Below, piece by piece: positions 44,450-52,720 of a DNA stretch of 52,720 nt. Numbering within the stretch: the stretch's first letter is position 1; the number at the start of each line of letters is the position of its first letter. A program made the position numbers and the translations under genes. Under the pieces are notes generated by a model. It did not search any database. It worked only from the letters and a program-made list of their open reading frames with translations, and was not told the origin of the DNA. Origin of the DNA: a virus (Duplodnaviria > Caudoviricetes); IMG/VR virus record IMGVR_UViG_3300027782_000115, positions 1-52,720 of that record; one strand, given 5' to 3'.

Positions 44450-46318
44450 TTAGTAGCCTGCTAGTTCTCTAATACGAGTAAGTTCCGCAATCTGCGGATC
44501 TTGCTGTTGTGGTGCCATACGCTCTACCATTCTACGAGCAACCATTTCTGCCCGTTCACCAAATTTTTTACCTACCATAGTGCATACGCTTTCTGGGCTC
44601 TTAGGAAATGTCTCTGATTTAGGATCATAAAAACTGTGAATGAATTCTGCTAATTCTTCGGTGTTTAATCTTTCTTTGCGTTTTTCAAAATCTCGCTTAG
44701 GCTTGTCATCTTTGTATTCTATATCTTTCATGGTCAGCGGTGGTTCGCCTGACTTCTTACGATCAATCGCTGGTCTTTCGTAGTCCCTGGGATTGTCGGG
44801 ATCTACAGCTTCCTGTGGTACTGGTTCCTCTGCAGGCGCAGCCGCTGCTGCTGGATCAACTGGTGCTGGCTCCGCTTCCGGGGCAGTTTGGTCACCTGCC
44901 TGGCCTGCTTCCGGGTCATCCACCATGTCACCAAAATCCAATTGTTCTAATGCTTCAGGTGCGTTGAGTTCGAGCCATTCTTTGACCAATGGTCTCACAC
45001 ATGCATCTGGATCTTCTGCGGCCTGTGCTTTGATTCGTTTATATAATTCTGGATCTTCAATTAGGCCTTTAAGACTTTCAATGGCATTAGTTCCATCGAC
45101 TCCTGCTGGAAAGTGTTGTCCTACAAGTTCTTGTAGTCCCTGTAGTGCTGCTGCCTGTTCTTCGGGATCTTCGCTGGTCACTGCACTTTCTTCGCCTAGT
45201 GCCATTACCCAATTTTCAAATTGAGCAAATGGGTCATTGTCTTCTGTTTCAACCGTTAGGTCTTCGTTGCTGATTTCTTCTTGTGTCATAGCGACTATGT
45301 CGTCATAGCCTATGGTGTTTCCTTCTTTCATTAGTCTGTACAAGACCGGAAACACAGTTGCGATATCTTCTTTGAAGTTTTTAACTGTGAATTTTTCTGT
45401 AAACTCTTCTACAAATTCTTGTGGAACTTCTAGCGGTTCTTGAACCTGAAACGATTCTTTATATGCCTCGTAGTGTTTTTGCTTTGTGATTTTATGCAGT
45501 TGTTCTCTAACAGATTGTAATGCTGCGTTACTACGTTCTACAATTTCGTTGGTTTCACTGTTCATTAAGTCATTGCGGTTAACATAATTGCCAAAACTCT
45601 TGAGCTGAGCTATCTGTTGACTCATACCAATAATGCTCTTGCCCATATCATCATACGGTAATCCGCCATTAGCAACGTGTCGTTGCATTGCACGAGCACC
45701 TTCTAAGTGAATGAAAGGATACTTAAATCTTTCACCTTCGTCATTTTCAACAAACAGTCCAGAAATGTTTCTTGATCTAGCACCAGGTGCTGCGTCATCC
45801 ATAACTGCTTGGCTGTGTTTGATAATGAGACGTGTGTCCATTAATTTTTGATAGCTCATTGTTTTGCTACCGTACATTGCGCTTTCACTCATTAGGCTTT
45901 CTCCAACTGGGGTTTGAATTTTATTCATCTGTGGTTTAGGTTTTGCATTTTGACTGAGAAACTCGTAGTCTCTTTTATCCAAATTATCTTTGGTAATATC
46001 CCTAGTGTCAAAACTCAACAATCTTCGTTTGGCAAATTGACGCAGTTCTTTCAAGAAGCCGTACCAACTGGTTTTCTGCCCGTCATCCATAGCTTCGGTG
46101 ATTCCGTTTGAAAAATACACTTTCATACTGTTAGGTTCTGCAAGGCTAATACTAACATGCCCGATTGCAGTTTCACCTTCCATATAATCAAAATCAAAGA
46201 ATCGAGCCTGCTCTGGATTGATAGTGATCTCACCAGTTTCTGCACCTAGTTTCAAGCCAGAGAATCGGCTGCGTACCTTATAGAATAAATCGGTGGCTAT
46301 GTTATTTGTTGCGTCCAT
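44450..46318 (-). CDS. Large acidic hypothetical protein, probably virion-associated
   Basis: ATAAATA-N3-ATG (MDATNN); Ala/Pro/Glu linker; C-terminal ELTRIRELAG. Confidence 0.7.
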   Translation of the reverse strand: MDATNNIATDLFYKVRSRFSGLKLGAETGEITINPEQARFFDFDYMEGETAIGHVSISLAEPNSMKVYFSNGITEAMDDGQKTSWYGFLKELRQFAKRRLLSFDTRDITKDNLDKRDYEFLSQNAKPKPQMNKIQTPVGESLMSESAMYGSKTMSYQKLMDTRLIIKHSQAVMDDAAPGARSRNISGLFVENDEGERFKYPFIHLEGARAMQRHVANGGLPYDDMGKSIIGMSQQIAQLKSFGNYVNRNDLMNSETNEIVERSNAALQSVREQLHKITKQKHYEAYKESFQVQEPLEVPQEFVEEFTEKFTVKNFKEDIATVFPVLYRLMKEGNTIGYDDIVAMTQEEISNEDLTVETEDNDPFAQFENWVMALGEESAVTSEDPEEQAAALQGLQELVGQHFPAGVDGTNAIESLKGLIEDPELYKRIKAQAAEDPDACVRPLVKEWLELNAPEALEQLDFGDMVDDPEAGQAGDQTAPEAEPAPVDPAAAAAPAEEPVPQEAVDPDNPRDYERPAIDRKKSGEPPLTMKDIEYKDDKPKRDFEKRKERLNTEELAEFIHSFYDPKSETFPKSPESVCTMVGKKFGERAEMVARRMVERMAPQQQDPQIAELTRIRELAGY

Positions 46319-46329
46319 AAGTATATTTA

Positions 46330-47916
46330 TCAAAGACCCATGCTGACAAAGATCGGCATAGGCATAGATTCATCGGTGATTTTTTCTGTCATTTTATCAT
46401 AGATCTGTGGATCCCAGTCTGCCAATACATCTGCCATACGCATGATTAACAGTGTTGAACTGACCAAATCATCGTGTTCTCCGCTCTTGGCTTTAAAACC
46501 CAGCCCCGATGCCACATATGTTTTTAGCTCAGATATCAACGGTTTGCTGTGGATGGTCATTTTGTGATTTTCGATCATGTTTTTTAGTTGGCTGCAAGCA
46601 GATATCTTTGATCTATGAGTGGTGTTAAATCCTTTGCGGAACTTGCGGATATGTCCTTTGCGTATGGGCTCACTGAGAAACAGTCCATGAAAGTTTTCTT
46701 CACCTATGTCGTTGATTACCATTAGGGCAGATTCGCCTATGGTATTGTTTTCAACACTGTAATACATGATAGGTGCGCCGCCCCGTTCTTCGCCTCTTTC
46801 ATGTATGTATTTTAGTATTTCTCTCAAAACCCTGACCTGTTGCTGCACAGGAGTGGTGTTGTGATGCCACTCTGCCACTTGTACCATTTCAGGCATTTCA
46901 TAGACCTGTATGGCGCCGTAGTCTCCACCTGTGCCCAAGCTGGGATCTAGAGCTATTAGATATGTGGCTCTAGGGTTTATTTCTTTGTACCAACGTGTCT
47001 GACCCATGTTCATCATAGGATCCATGCCAGCAAGTTCTATCAGCTTCACAGAGTTGATTAGAGTTTCATCATAGATCAAGAATTCACATTCAAACTCTCT
47101 ACGGAATCGTTCTTCGCCGATCTTGGCACGTTCTAATCTAGCCCACTCCTCGTCTCGGTCTGGATGTTCTTGCCACGGTGCAAAGAAGGGAAAGAAGCCA
47201 TTAACACCCAACTTAGTTTCATTGCCAAAGTCGTCAAATCGTTTGTTGGCTTCTAACCAAATCATGGCAAACTGATCTTCATCACTGTTGGGTGTTGATG
47301 TGATAATAGCCTTACCGCCTGTGGCCAATGTTGGTGACAATGCTGTCCAGAACTCTTTGGCTTTTTCTGGTGGTTGCACGAATGCAAACTCATCACAGTA
47401 TATTAATGAAAGAGATTTACCACGGCCTGTGTTTTCGGTTGTGGTGGTTGCTTGTATGCGTGATCCATTGTCATATTCGATGGTGTTTCTATTATATGAA
47501 TACACCCCAGCACGGATAAAGTCTGGTAAATTTTCATAGGCATATCTATAACGATCCATGATGTCTCGAGCACCTTCGTACTTGTGTGCTGCGATCAATA
47601 CCTGTACGTCTGGCATGAACTGAGTATACCACAATAAGTATGCCACTGCACATGTGGTCTTGCCCATCTGACGTGGCAGCATGGCTATGCATTCTTTGTT
47701 GGTGTGATATGCGTCAATCAACAATTCTTGAAATCCGTAGGGCTCGAACGGGATGGATCCTCTAGTAGGATGTTGTATCTTGATGAAGTTTTTGGCAAAG
47801 TATAGCGGGCCACCAACTGGATCCATACAGGCTTCTAGATGCTTGACTTCATCGAGATTATAGCGTATCTGTGCATGGGCTTTTTTAATTAGATTGCCGT
47901 CTAAGGATTTTGACAT
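46330..47916 (-). CDS. terL: Terminase large subunit (T4 gp17-like)
   Basis: PRQMGKT, GRG.S...IYCDEFAF, ITSTPN, F.REF.C.F, ALDPS.G.GGDY, HDDLV. Confidence 0.95.
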   Translation of the reverse strand: MSKSLDGNLIKKAHAQIRYNLDEVKHLEACMDPVGGPLYFAKNFIKIQHPTRGSIPFEPYGFQELLIDAYHTNKECIAMLPRQMGKTTCAVAYLLWYTQFMPDVQVLIAAHKYEGARDIMDRYRYAYENLPDFIRAGVYSYNRNTIEYDNGSRIQATTTTENTGRGKSLSLIYCDEFAFVQPPEKAKEFWTALSPTLATGGKAIITSTPNSDEDQFAMIWLEANKRFDDFGNETKLGVNGFFPFFAPWQEHPDRDEEWARLERAKIGEERFRREFECEFLIYDETLINSVKLIELAGMDPMMNMGQTRWYKEINPRATYLIALDPSLGTGGDYGAIQVYEMPEMVQVAEWHHNTTPVQQQVRVLREILKYIHERGEERGGAPIMYYSVENNTIGESALMVINDIGEENFHGLFLSEPIRKGHIRKFRKGFNTTHRSKISACSQLKNMIENHKMTIHSKPLISELKTYVASGLGFKAKSGEHDDLVSSTLLIMRMADVLADWDPQIYDKMTEKITDESMPMPIFVSMGL

Positions 47917-47930
47917 ATGTTTATTTAATG

Positions 47931-47958
47931 AAAAAAATAGGCTCCGAAGAGCCTATTT
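47931..47958 (-). terminator. Intrinsic terminator
   Basis: AAATAGGCTC-TTCG-GAGCCTATTT + T-run. Confidence 0.85.
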
Positions 47959-47974
47959 GGTTTGTTAGACTAGA

Positions 47975-48637
47975 TTAACTGTCAATGGTTTCTGCTGCAT
48001 CAACTAGGGTTACTGCAATATCGTCATAGATATCTGCAATGGTTTCTGGTGCTGCAATTGTGATAGATTCATCAATTTCAGCTCCTTGGGCTCCGTCATA
48101 AACACGCACACGCTTGGTCATTGCTAGAAGAATTGCTTGGCCGATCAAATAACGCAGTGCCTTAGCTGTTGTATTAACGGTAACGGCAGCACCTGTCGTT
48201 GGGGCAAACGAAGCAACACCCAGTCCTATACCACCTGTTGAACTTGCAGCACTTGCTGAATTTGTTACTGATGTAAGTATATTTGATGATGTAGCTGAGC
48301 CACTACGATCGTATCTAATAGTAAATGTTACAGTTAGTGCTTGGTTGTCTGCTACTGTTGCACCGGAGCTGGTGAATTGAACGTCTTGAATTTGAGCGTC
48401 AGCGAATCTCGATACTGCATCAACGATATTCATAAAACGTAGATGAGCTCTAGCCACACGGCGACCAAGTGCTAGTGTAGTTGGCTTGGTAGCAAATTGA
48501 CTGTGATCTTGTGGGCATACAGCACCGTTGTCATTGCCGTCTGCCGTAGGATATACACCTGTGCCGCCGGTCAGTGTTAGCACAACTTGGTAAAATTCTG
48601 GTCTTAACGAATCTGTTGAAATTTTAAATCCTGACAT
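47975..48637 (-). CDS. Ala/Thr-rich hypothetical protein, probably virion
   Basis: AAGGAG RBS; late operon. Confidence 0.7.
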   Translation of the reverse strand: MSGFKISTDSLRPEFYQVVLTLTGGTGVYPTADGNDNGAVCPQDHSQFATKPTTLALGRRVARAHLRFMNIVDAVSRFADAQIQDVQFTSSGATVADNQALTVTFTIRYDRSGSATSSNILTSVTNSASAASSTGGIGLGVASFAPTTGAAVTVNTTAKALRYLIGQAILLAMTKRVRVYDGAQGAEIDESITIAAPETIADIYDDIAVTLVDAAETIDS

Positions 48638-49386
48638 TATTTCGCTCCTTTAGCTTCTGACAATCTTTGAAGCAGTTCTTCTCTGATGCTGGCACGTAGT
48701 TGTTCTTTGCTTTCGTATGCGCCGGCCGCCATAGGATTGTCACCGCGATATGCTTTACCGCTGAAGCTTTGCTTAGGCTTATGCATATCATTGCCGTCTG
48801 GTATAGCAGCATCTATGCCTCCATATTCTGGTTCTGATCCGTTCAGTGAATTACCAAATGCTTCATCTTTTTCTTTCTTTTCAGCATCGTGATCATCCAT
48901 GTCATGATCGCCGTCGTCATCGCGGTCTAGAGTTTTGATTAAGGGTTTTTCGTCTGCGTGATCTTTTTCATGTGCATCTAGATCTCCGCTGTCATTATAG
49001 TCGCTGTCCATTTCTCCGCCTGGCATATCGTCGTTGTCTGCGTCTAGATCTGGCAGCATCTTCAAAGGTCCAGAATCCAGATTCCCTAACGGCCCCATAC
49101 TCATGGACGATGGTTTAGAAATGCTAATAGGCAAGCTCATAGGCATGCTCGGTGGTTGATTAATCATGTCTGGATTGACTTTGGTCATTAGCTTCATGAT
49201 ACTTTCGATGTTGTCCATACCTTGAGCATTCAGATTGATGCTGAGACTAGGCGGGGGAGTATCTGGCTTTGAACTCATAGGGCTAGACATTGGTGACATA
49301 GGAGGCATTGAGTCCCCACACGTCTCGGCCTGTATAACTGGCTGATCCAGCTCTCTCATTTTCTGCATTAATTCATTGAAATTCAT
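48637..49386 (-). CDS. Low-complexity acidic protein, probably internal head
   Basis: M/S/P-rich then D/H-rich segments; GGAG RBS. Confidence 0.7.
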   Translation of the reverse strand: MNFNELMQKMRELDQPVIQAETCGDSMPPMSPMSSPMSSKPDTPPPSLSINLNAQGMDNIESIMKLMTKVNPDMINQPPSMPMSLPISISKPSSMSMGPLGNLDSGPLKMLPDLDADNDDMPGGEMDSDYNDSGDLDAHEKDHADEKPLIKTLDRDDDGDHDMDDHDAEKKEKDEAFGNSLNGSEPEYGGIDAAIPDGNDMHKPKQSFSGKAYRGDNPMAAGAYESKEQLRASIREELLQRLSEAKGAK

Positions 49387-49389
49387 TTA

Positions 49390-49956
49390 TTAACTCCCTA
49401 AGGCGCTTTTAGCACCAACTTTGTCTGTTTTTTGCTTGGGCATTTTATATTCAGCAGCAAACCCATCTTTGGTTCTCTGTTTGGCTGTCTTGCTTAAATC
49501 TTTTAGAAACCCCTTGTTGAAATCATCACCGAAGTAGTCTTTGTGTTTGATTTTTCCTGTGCCTTTTTCCATGTCCTGTTCGTCCAACATGGCTTCACCT
49601 GAGGGTTCATTGTCCAACAACACTTGATCTGCTTCTGTAGGTTCACCGCTGTTCCGCACACGGAAACAGTCTTCGTCTATGCCCATGGCTTTAACATGTG
49701 TGGCAATTTCAGGAGGTGTTGTAGGATATTCGCAAACTACCTCAAACACAGTAACCTGCATATTCTCTTTGCCTGGAAAATCCAGTGGCAGTTTCTGTAT
49801 AGGAGTGGTCATGATCTTTTCAAAGGTCATCACCTTGCAGCTATCCAAGCGCGATTTTAATGCTTCTTGGAATTTTTCAGGAACATCGCCCGCAACTTTG
49901 ATCTTGAAGCTGTAGATTTTTTTGTTTTCGACGAGATATTCTTTAAAAGTTTTCAT
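49390..49956 (-). CDS. Hypothetical virion-associated protein
   Basis: MKTFKEYLVE N-terminus; ATAAATA-N5-ATG. Confidence 0.7.
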   Translation of the reverse strand: MKTFKEYLVENKKIYSFKIKVAGDVPEKFQEALKSRLDSCKVMTFEKIMTTPIQKLPLDFPGKENMQVTVFEVVCEYPTTPPEIATHVKAMGIDEDCFRVRNSGEPTEADQVLLDNEPSGEAMLDEQDMEKGTGKIKHKDYFGDDFNKGFLKDLSKTAKQRTKDGFAAEYKMPKQKTDKVGAKSALGS

Positions 49957-49964
49957 ATGAGTAT

Positions 49965-50435
49965 TTATGCTTTTCCGCTTAATTTTTTCAGCAGCTCATT
50001 GCGATCTGTAATCACATAGCCCTGCCCGTTTATGACATTGTTAGAATCAACACCTGCATCGTTGTCTATTTTCAGTTTTTTCAACTGTAAATCCACTGCC
50101 TTGAGTTTCTTTTCTATCTTATTACTTTTAGCAGTGATAGCGTTGCCCATCATTGAACTAGCTACTTCAAATATCCTACCTGAATATCTCACTTCTACAT
50201 TCATTCCTAAATCCATAAGTTCGTCGTAGGCTTTCTCTGATTTTTTAGCAAGATTATCTAATTCTTGTTCGTCGAGATTATCCAGTTCTTGTATCTGTGG
50301 CAGTGTCTGTACTATCTTTTGCACTGCTTGATATTGATCGTCAAGACTGGTGATTTCTTCGTGAACAGGAATTGGCTGTGGGGCTGGCTCGGGTTGAGAT
50401 TCTAGATCAAACAGGTCTTCTAATTTTTTGGTCAT
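49965..50435 (-). CDS. Putative terminase small subunit (gp16-like)
   Basis: Helical ~156 aa; R.FEVA..M and C-terminal RNELLK.L pattern; packaging context. Confidence 0.5.
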   Translation of the reverse strand: MTKKLEDLFDLESQPEPAPQPIPVHEEITSLDDQYQAVQKIVQTLPQIQELDNLDEQELDNLAKKSEKAYDELMDLGMNVEVRYSGRIFEVASSMMGNAITAKSNKIEKKLKAVDLQLKKLKIDNDAGVDSNNVINGQGYVITDRNELLKKLSGKA

Positions 50436-50442
50436 ACATTAC

Positions 50443-50883
50443 TTATTTCCGTTTAGCACCTTGGTGGAAAATATCGCCTTCATTTACCACACGAAATCTA
50501 ATACCCTGCTGCTTGCACCAAGCAGTGGCAGCTTCCCATTTGGCCATATTTTTAATATACTGTTCTTGATTGTATCTGCTTTTGCCCACTGATTCTCGTA
50601 GAGTTTGACTCTGTGGTTTGACTTCTACTACTTCTGCATGTTTTTTGCCAATTTTGTCTTTGTATACGATAAAAAAATCCGGTACGTATATAGTGTACTT
50701 GCCAGTAAGCGGATCACGATAAGGTATTTGTATGCTTTCGCTGGCCCAATTTTCTACTCCTGGATGTTCGTCTAGCATACGCATGAACACAAATTCCCAT
50801 GAGCTGCGAGACAACGGAGTTTTTTTACCCACATACTTGCTGGGGTTTTTCATTTCAAATCGACCCTGTGCGAATTTAGGCAT
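50443..50883 (-). CDS. Head completion nuclease (T4 gp4/TnsA-like)
   Basis: NP.KYVG, RSSWE, WASE...IPY, Y.PDF, EVKP, KW.AA..WC. Confidence 0.9.
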   Translation of the reverse strand: MPKFAQGRFEMKNPSKYVGKKTPLSRSSWEFVFMRMLDEHPGVENWASESIQIPYRDPLTGKYTIYVPDFFIVYKDKIGKKHAEVVEVKPQSQTLRESVGKSRYNQEQYIKNMAKWEAATAWCKQQGIRFRVVNEGDIFHQGAKRK

Positions 50884-51248
50884 TATGCAGCTATGTTTCT
50901 AAGTTGATTCGGTTTGACATCTTGTGTTCTAAATCCCAACAGCGAAGTTGGCACACGATTATTATTAAGTATTTCTGCCACTATTTGATTAAGTTGTATT
51001 GACGAATAATCTTTAAAAACGCCTAATATTTGACCAATTGGTGTGCCGTCAATCTTGGCCTGTCTCAATAGTATCATCGCAGAAGTATTAGCAGCATCGA
51101 TATCAAAGCCTGCTTTACGGAAAAAACCCACTGCGGCGGTGACATCGTTGGCACCAAATTCCAAGGCTGTTTCGCCGTATCGTTCAAAATACAATTTAGT
51201 GCCTGCGGCGCTGTCTTCTATAATACTACTTGGTAAATTACTGGCCAT
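50883..51248 (-). CDS. Hypothetical protein
   Basis: Coupled ORF in the late operon. Confidence 0.7.
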   Translation of the reverse strand: MASNLPSSIIEDSAAGTKLYFERYGETALEFGANDVTAAVGFFRKAGFDIDAANTSAMILLRQAKIDGTPIGQILGVFKDYSSIQLNQIVAEILNNNRVPTSLLGFRTQDVKPNQLRNIAA

Positions 51249-51249
51249 G

Positions 51250-52350
51250 TTATACGCCTCTCAACGGTGAAGTTAATCTTTTCTCAGTGGCTGTGGTTGT
51301 AGTTTCAGTGCCGGCATTTTTTGGAAACCTTGCCCCTACTAATCCCGATACTGAACTGGCTGCTGCTGTGATGTTTGCGGGATTACTGAGAATGTTAATA
51401 GCCTCACTGGCTAATTGATCTGCTGACAGCCCTTGAAAGTTTTTATAGGTGTTAATGGTCTTGGCCACGGTGCCTAGAAATCCGCCTGGTGTATTGAAGG
51501 CGGCTCCTGAGCCCACTTCACCGAATATCTGTTGTAGACCATCTAATACACCACCTTCTCCTGTGAGTGTTGCAACGCCACCTCCTGCCACACTCAGTGG
51601 ACTTGGCACAGTATCGTAGTGCAGAGTTGCGAACCCTTTAGGAGTTCCTACTGATACATTACCTGTGGTGTATTTTACCGCTTCGTATTCTAACGTCATA
51701 GAACTTTCATTAAATTCAGATGCAGAATAATTCATATCACCGTGATTCCATGATTTGATCCTGGGATTGACTAGGGTGTATCCTACAAATCTTCGTCGGC
51801 TCATGGTATAGATAGTCACTGACTTGAAAAAAGGAGGAGATATCTTGTTGTCCATGCCGTAGTTAAAATTATCCTGAGGAGTGCTGGTTGCTCTTAGATG
51901 TGTGGCACCATATGCAGCATCGGGTAAATGTCTGTCTGCTATGTAATATCCATAATACAGAGCCCACATGGCATTGATCACTGCATTGCTGTCGTCATGC
52001 ATAGTGATGTTTACAGGATCATAATTGATCTGCTTGTATAGGATTTTTTTCCGATTGTATTGATTCTTTATCACAGAATCAAAATTAAATTTTGGTAGGT
52101 CCACAGATTTTACCAATAGACCTGCTTCGTTTTGATGTTTGGCAGTGAACTGACTCATGCCTCTAACAGTGTTGTCGAACTCAAATCTCACATAAAACAA
52201 AAATTTAGTCTTAGGAGATAGTCGCAGGCCATTGTCTACAAATAATCTAGTAGCGTGACGATAGTCCGCCATTTGACCTTTGGGTTTAGTTAACCCTTCG
52301 ATCAATCCGGAACCAAAATCTGATAGATATCTTGTGAATTTATTTGCCAT
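51250..52350 (-). CDS. Tail-tube-fold baseplate protein (gp54/gp48-like)
   Basis: VKSVDLPK....NQYNRK....Y.PV.IT.HDD...L.NP.I...LEYE; directly downstream of the tail tube gene. Confidence 0.6.
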   Translation of the reverse strand: MANKFTRYLSDFGSGLIEGLTKPKGQMADYRHATRLFVDNGLRLSPKTKFLFYVRFEFDNTVRGMSQFTAKHQNEAGLLVKSVDLPKFNFDSVIKNQYNRKKILYKQINYDPVNITMHDDSNAVINAMWALYYGYYIADRHLPDAAYGATHLRATSTPQDNFNYGMDNKISPPFFKSVTIYTMSRRRFVGYTLVNPRIKSWNHGDMNYSASEFNESSMTLEYEAVKYTTGNVSVGTPKGFATLHYDTVPSPLSVAGGGVATLTGEGGVLDGLQQIFGEVGSGAAFNTPGGFLGTVAKTINTYKNFQGLSADQLASEAINILSNPANITAAASSVSGLVGARFPKNAGTETTTTATEKRLTSPLRGV

Positions 52351-52367
52351 ACAAATATTTATGCCAC

Positions 52368-52396
52368 AAAAAAAGCCCGATTATTAGTCGGGCTTT
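52368..52396 (-). terminator. Intrinsic terminator
   Basis: AAAGCCCGA/TCGGGCTTT stem + T-run. Confidence 0.8.
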
Positions 52397-52410
52397 GGAT
52401 GAGGATATTA

Positions 52411-52720
52411 TTAACCCTGTGCTGTAGAAGCACCTGTAGTAGCTGCACCAATAGTTCTGCCTACTGCTGCGCCAATTCCACCAATTGGGCTTACGGATGC
52501 TGCACCAGCTGCAAACTGTGCCAAGTTATCATAGACAATAGATAGGGCCACAGTCATATGCTCATTGGTTGAGTAGTTGGCATCACCGTAATCTGCGTTT
52601 TGAACAAAGCAACCGTAGAGTTCAAATGTCTCTAGTGTGTTTGGTACCAACGCACCATTACCACCATCGAGCACTTCAATACGCATGGTAAATTTGTAGT
52701 CAATACCTGAACGTGCAGAC
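52411..52720 (-). CDS. Tail tube protein (gp19-like), 5' end beyond the window
   Basis: G.DYKF..RIE.LDG...ETFELYGCF....YG...Y......V.LSI.YDN. Confidence 0.75.
   Translation of the reverse strand, partial: SARSGIDYKFTMRIEVLDGGNGALVPNTLETFELYGCFVQNADYGDANYSTNEHMTVALSIVYDNLAQFAAGAASVSPIGGIGAAVGRTIGAATTGASTAQG

Noticed and set aside
44740-45224. Antisense ORFs here and the many 60-140-aa shadow ORFs elsewhere in the track
   Set aside because: They lie opposite or inside well-supported genes, with no RBS, promoter or motifs
1-52720. Alternative genetic code (stop-codon reassignment)
   Set aside because: Core genes (terL, uvsX, uvsW, helicase) are full length in the standard code, and TAA, TAG and TGA all end genes

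Overview
This is a 52.7-kb segment of a large T4-like (jumbo-type) tailed phage genome, with no host-chromosome features. (1) 1-10.4 kb is an early region, all on the + strand. It holds a MoxR AAA+ ATPase/VWA-metallopeptidase pair and about 25 small hypothetical genes, driven by 16 near-consensus sigma70 promoter cassettes, plus tRNA-Asp(GUC) and two candidate structured ncRNAs. (2) 10.4-14.7 kb has a GC-skewed non-coding junction, an endonuclease VII-like nuclease, an SGNH-like hydrolase, a BI-1/YccA membrane protein and a Pol-beta nucleotidyltransferase. (3) 14.7-25.7 kb is a replication module: gp41-like helicase, primase, a 192-aa mini-DnaE, a gp62-like clamp loader and UvsW. (4) 25.8-41.2 kb is a ~15-kb AT-rich glycosylation/methylation cluster. 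(5) 41.3-52.7 kb has UvsY, UvsX, gp32 SSB, virion proteins, terminase, gp4 and tail tube genes. The most unusual signals are a 758-nt island (5170-5927) whose + strand contains no TC or CC dinucleotide, served by three hairpin promoters with a changed -35 box and encoding acidic Pro-free proteins; a structured ncRNA tandem upstream of a tRNA-Asp with a non-canonical anticodon loop; and apparently leaderless late transcripts (TAAATA-N3-5-ATG). All calls come from reading motifs by eye; no database searches were run.
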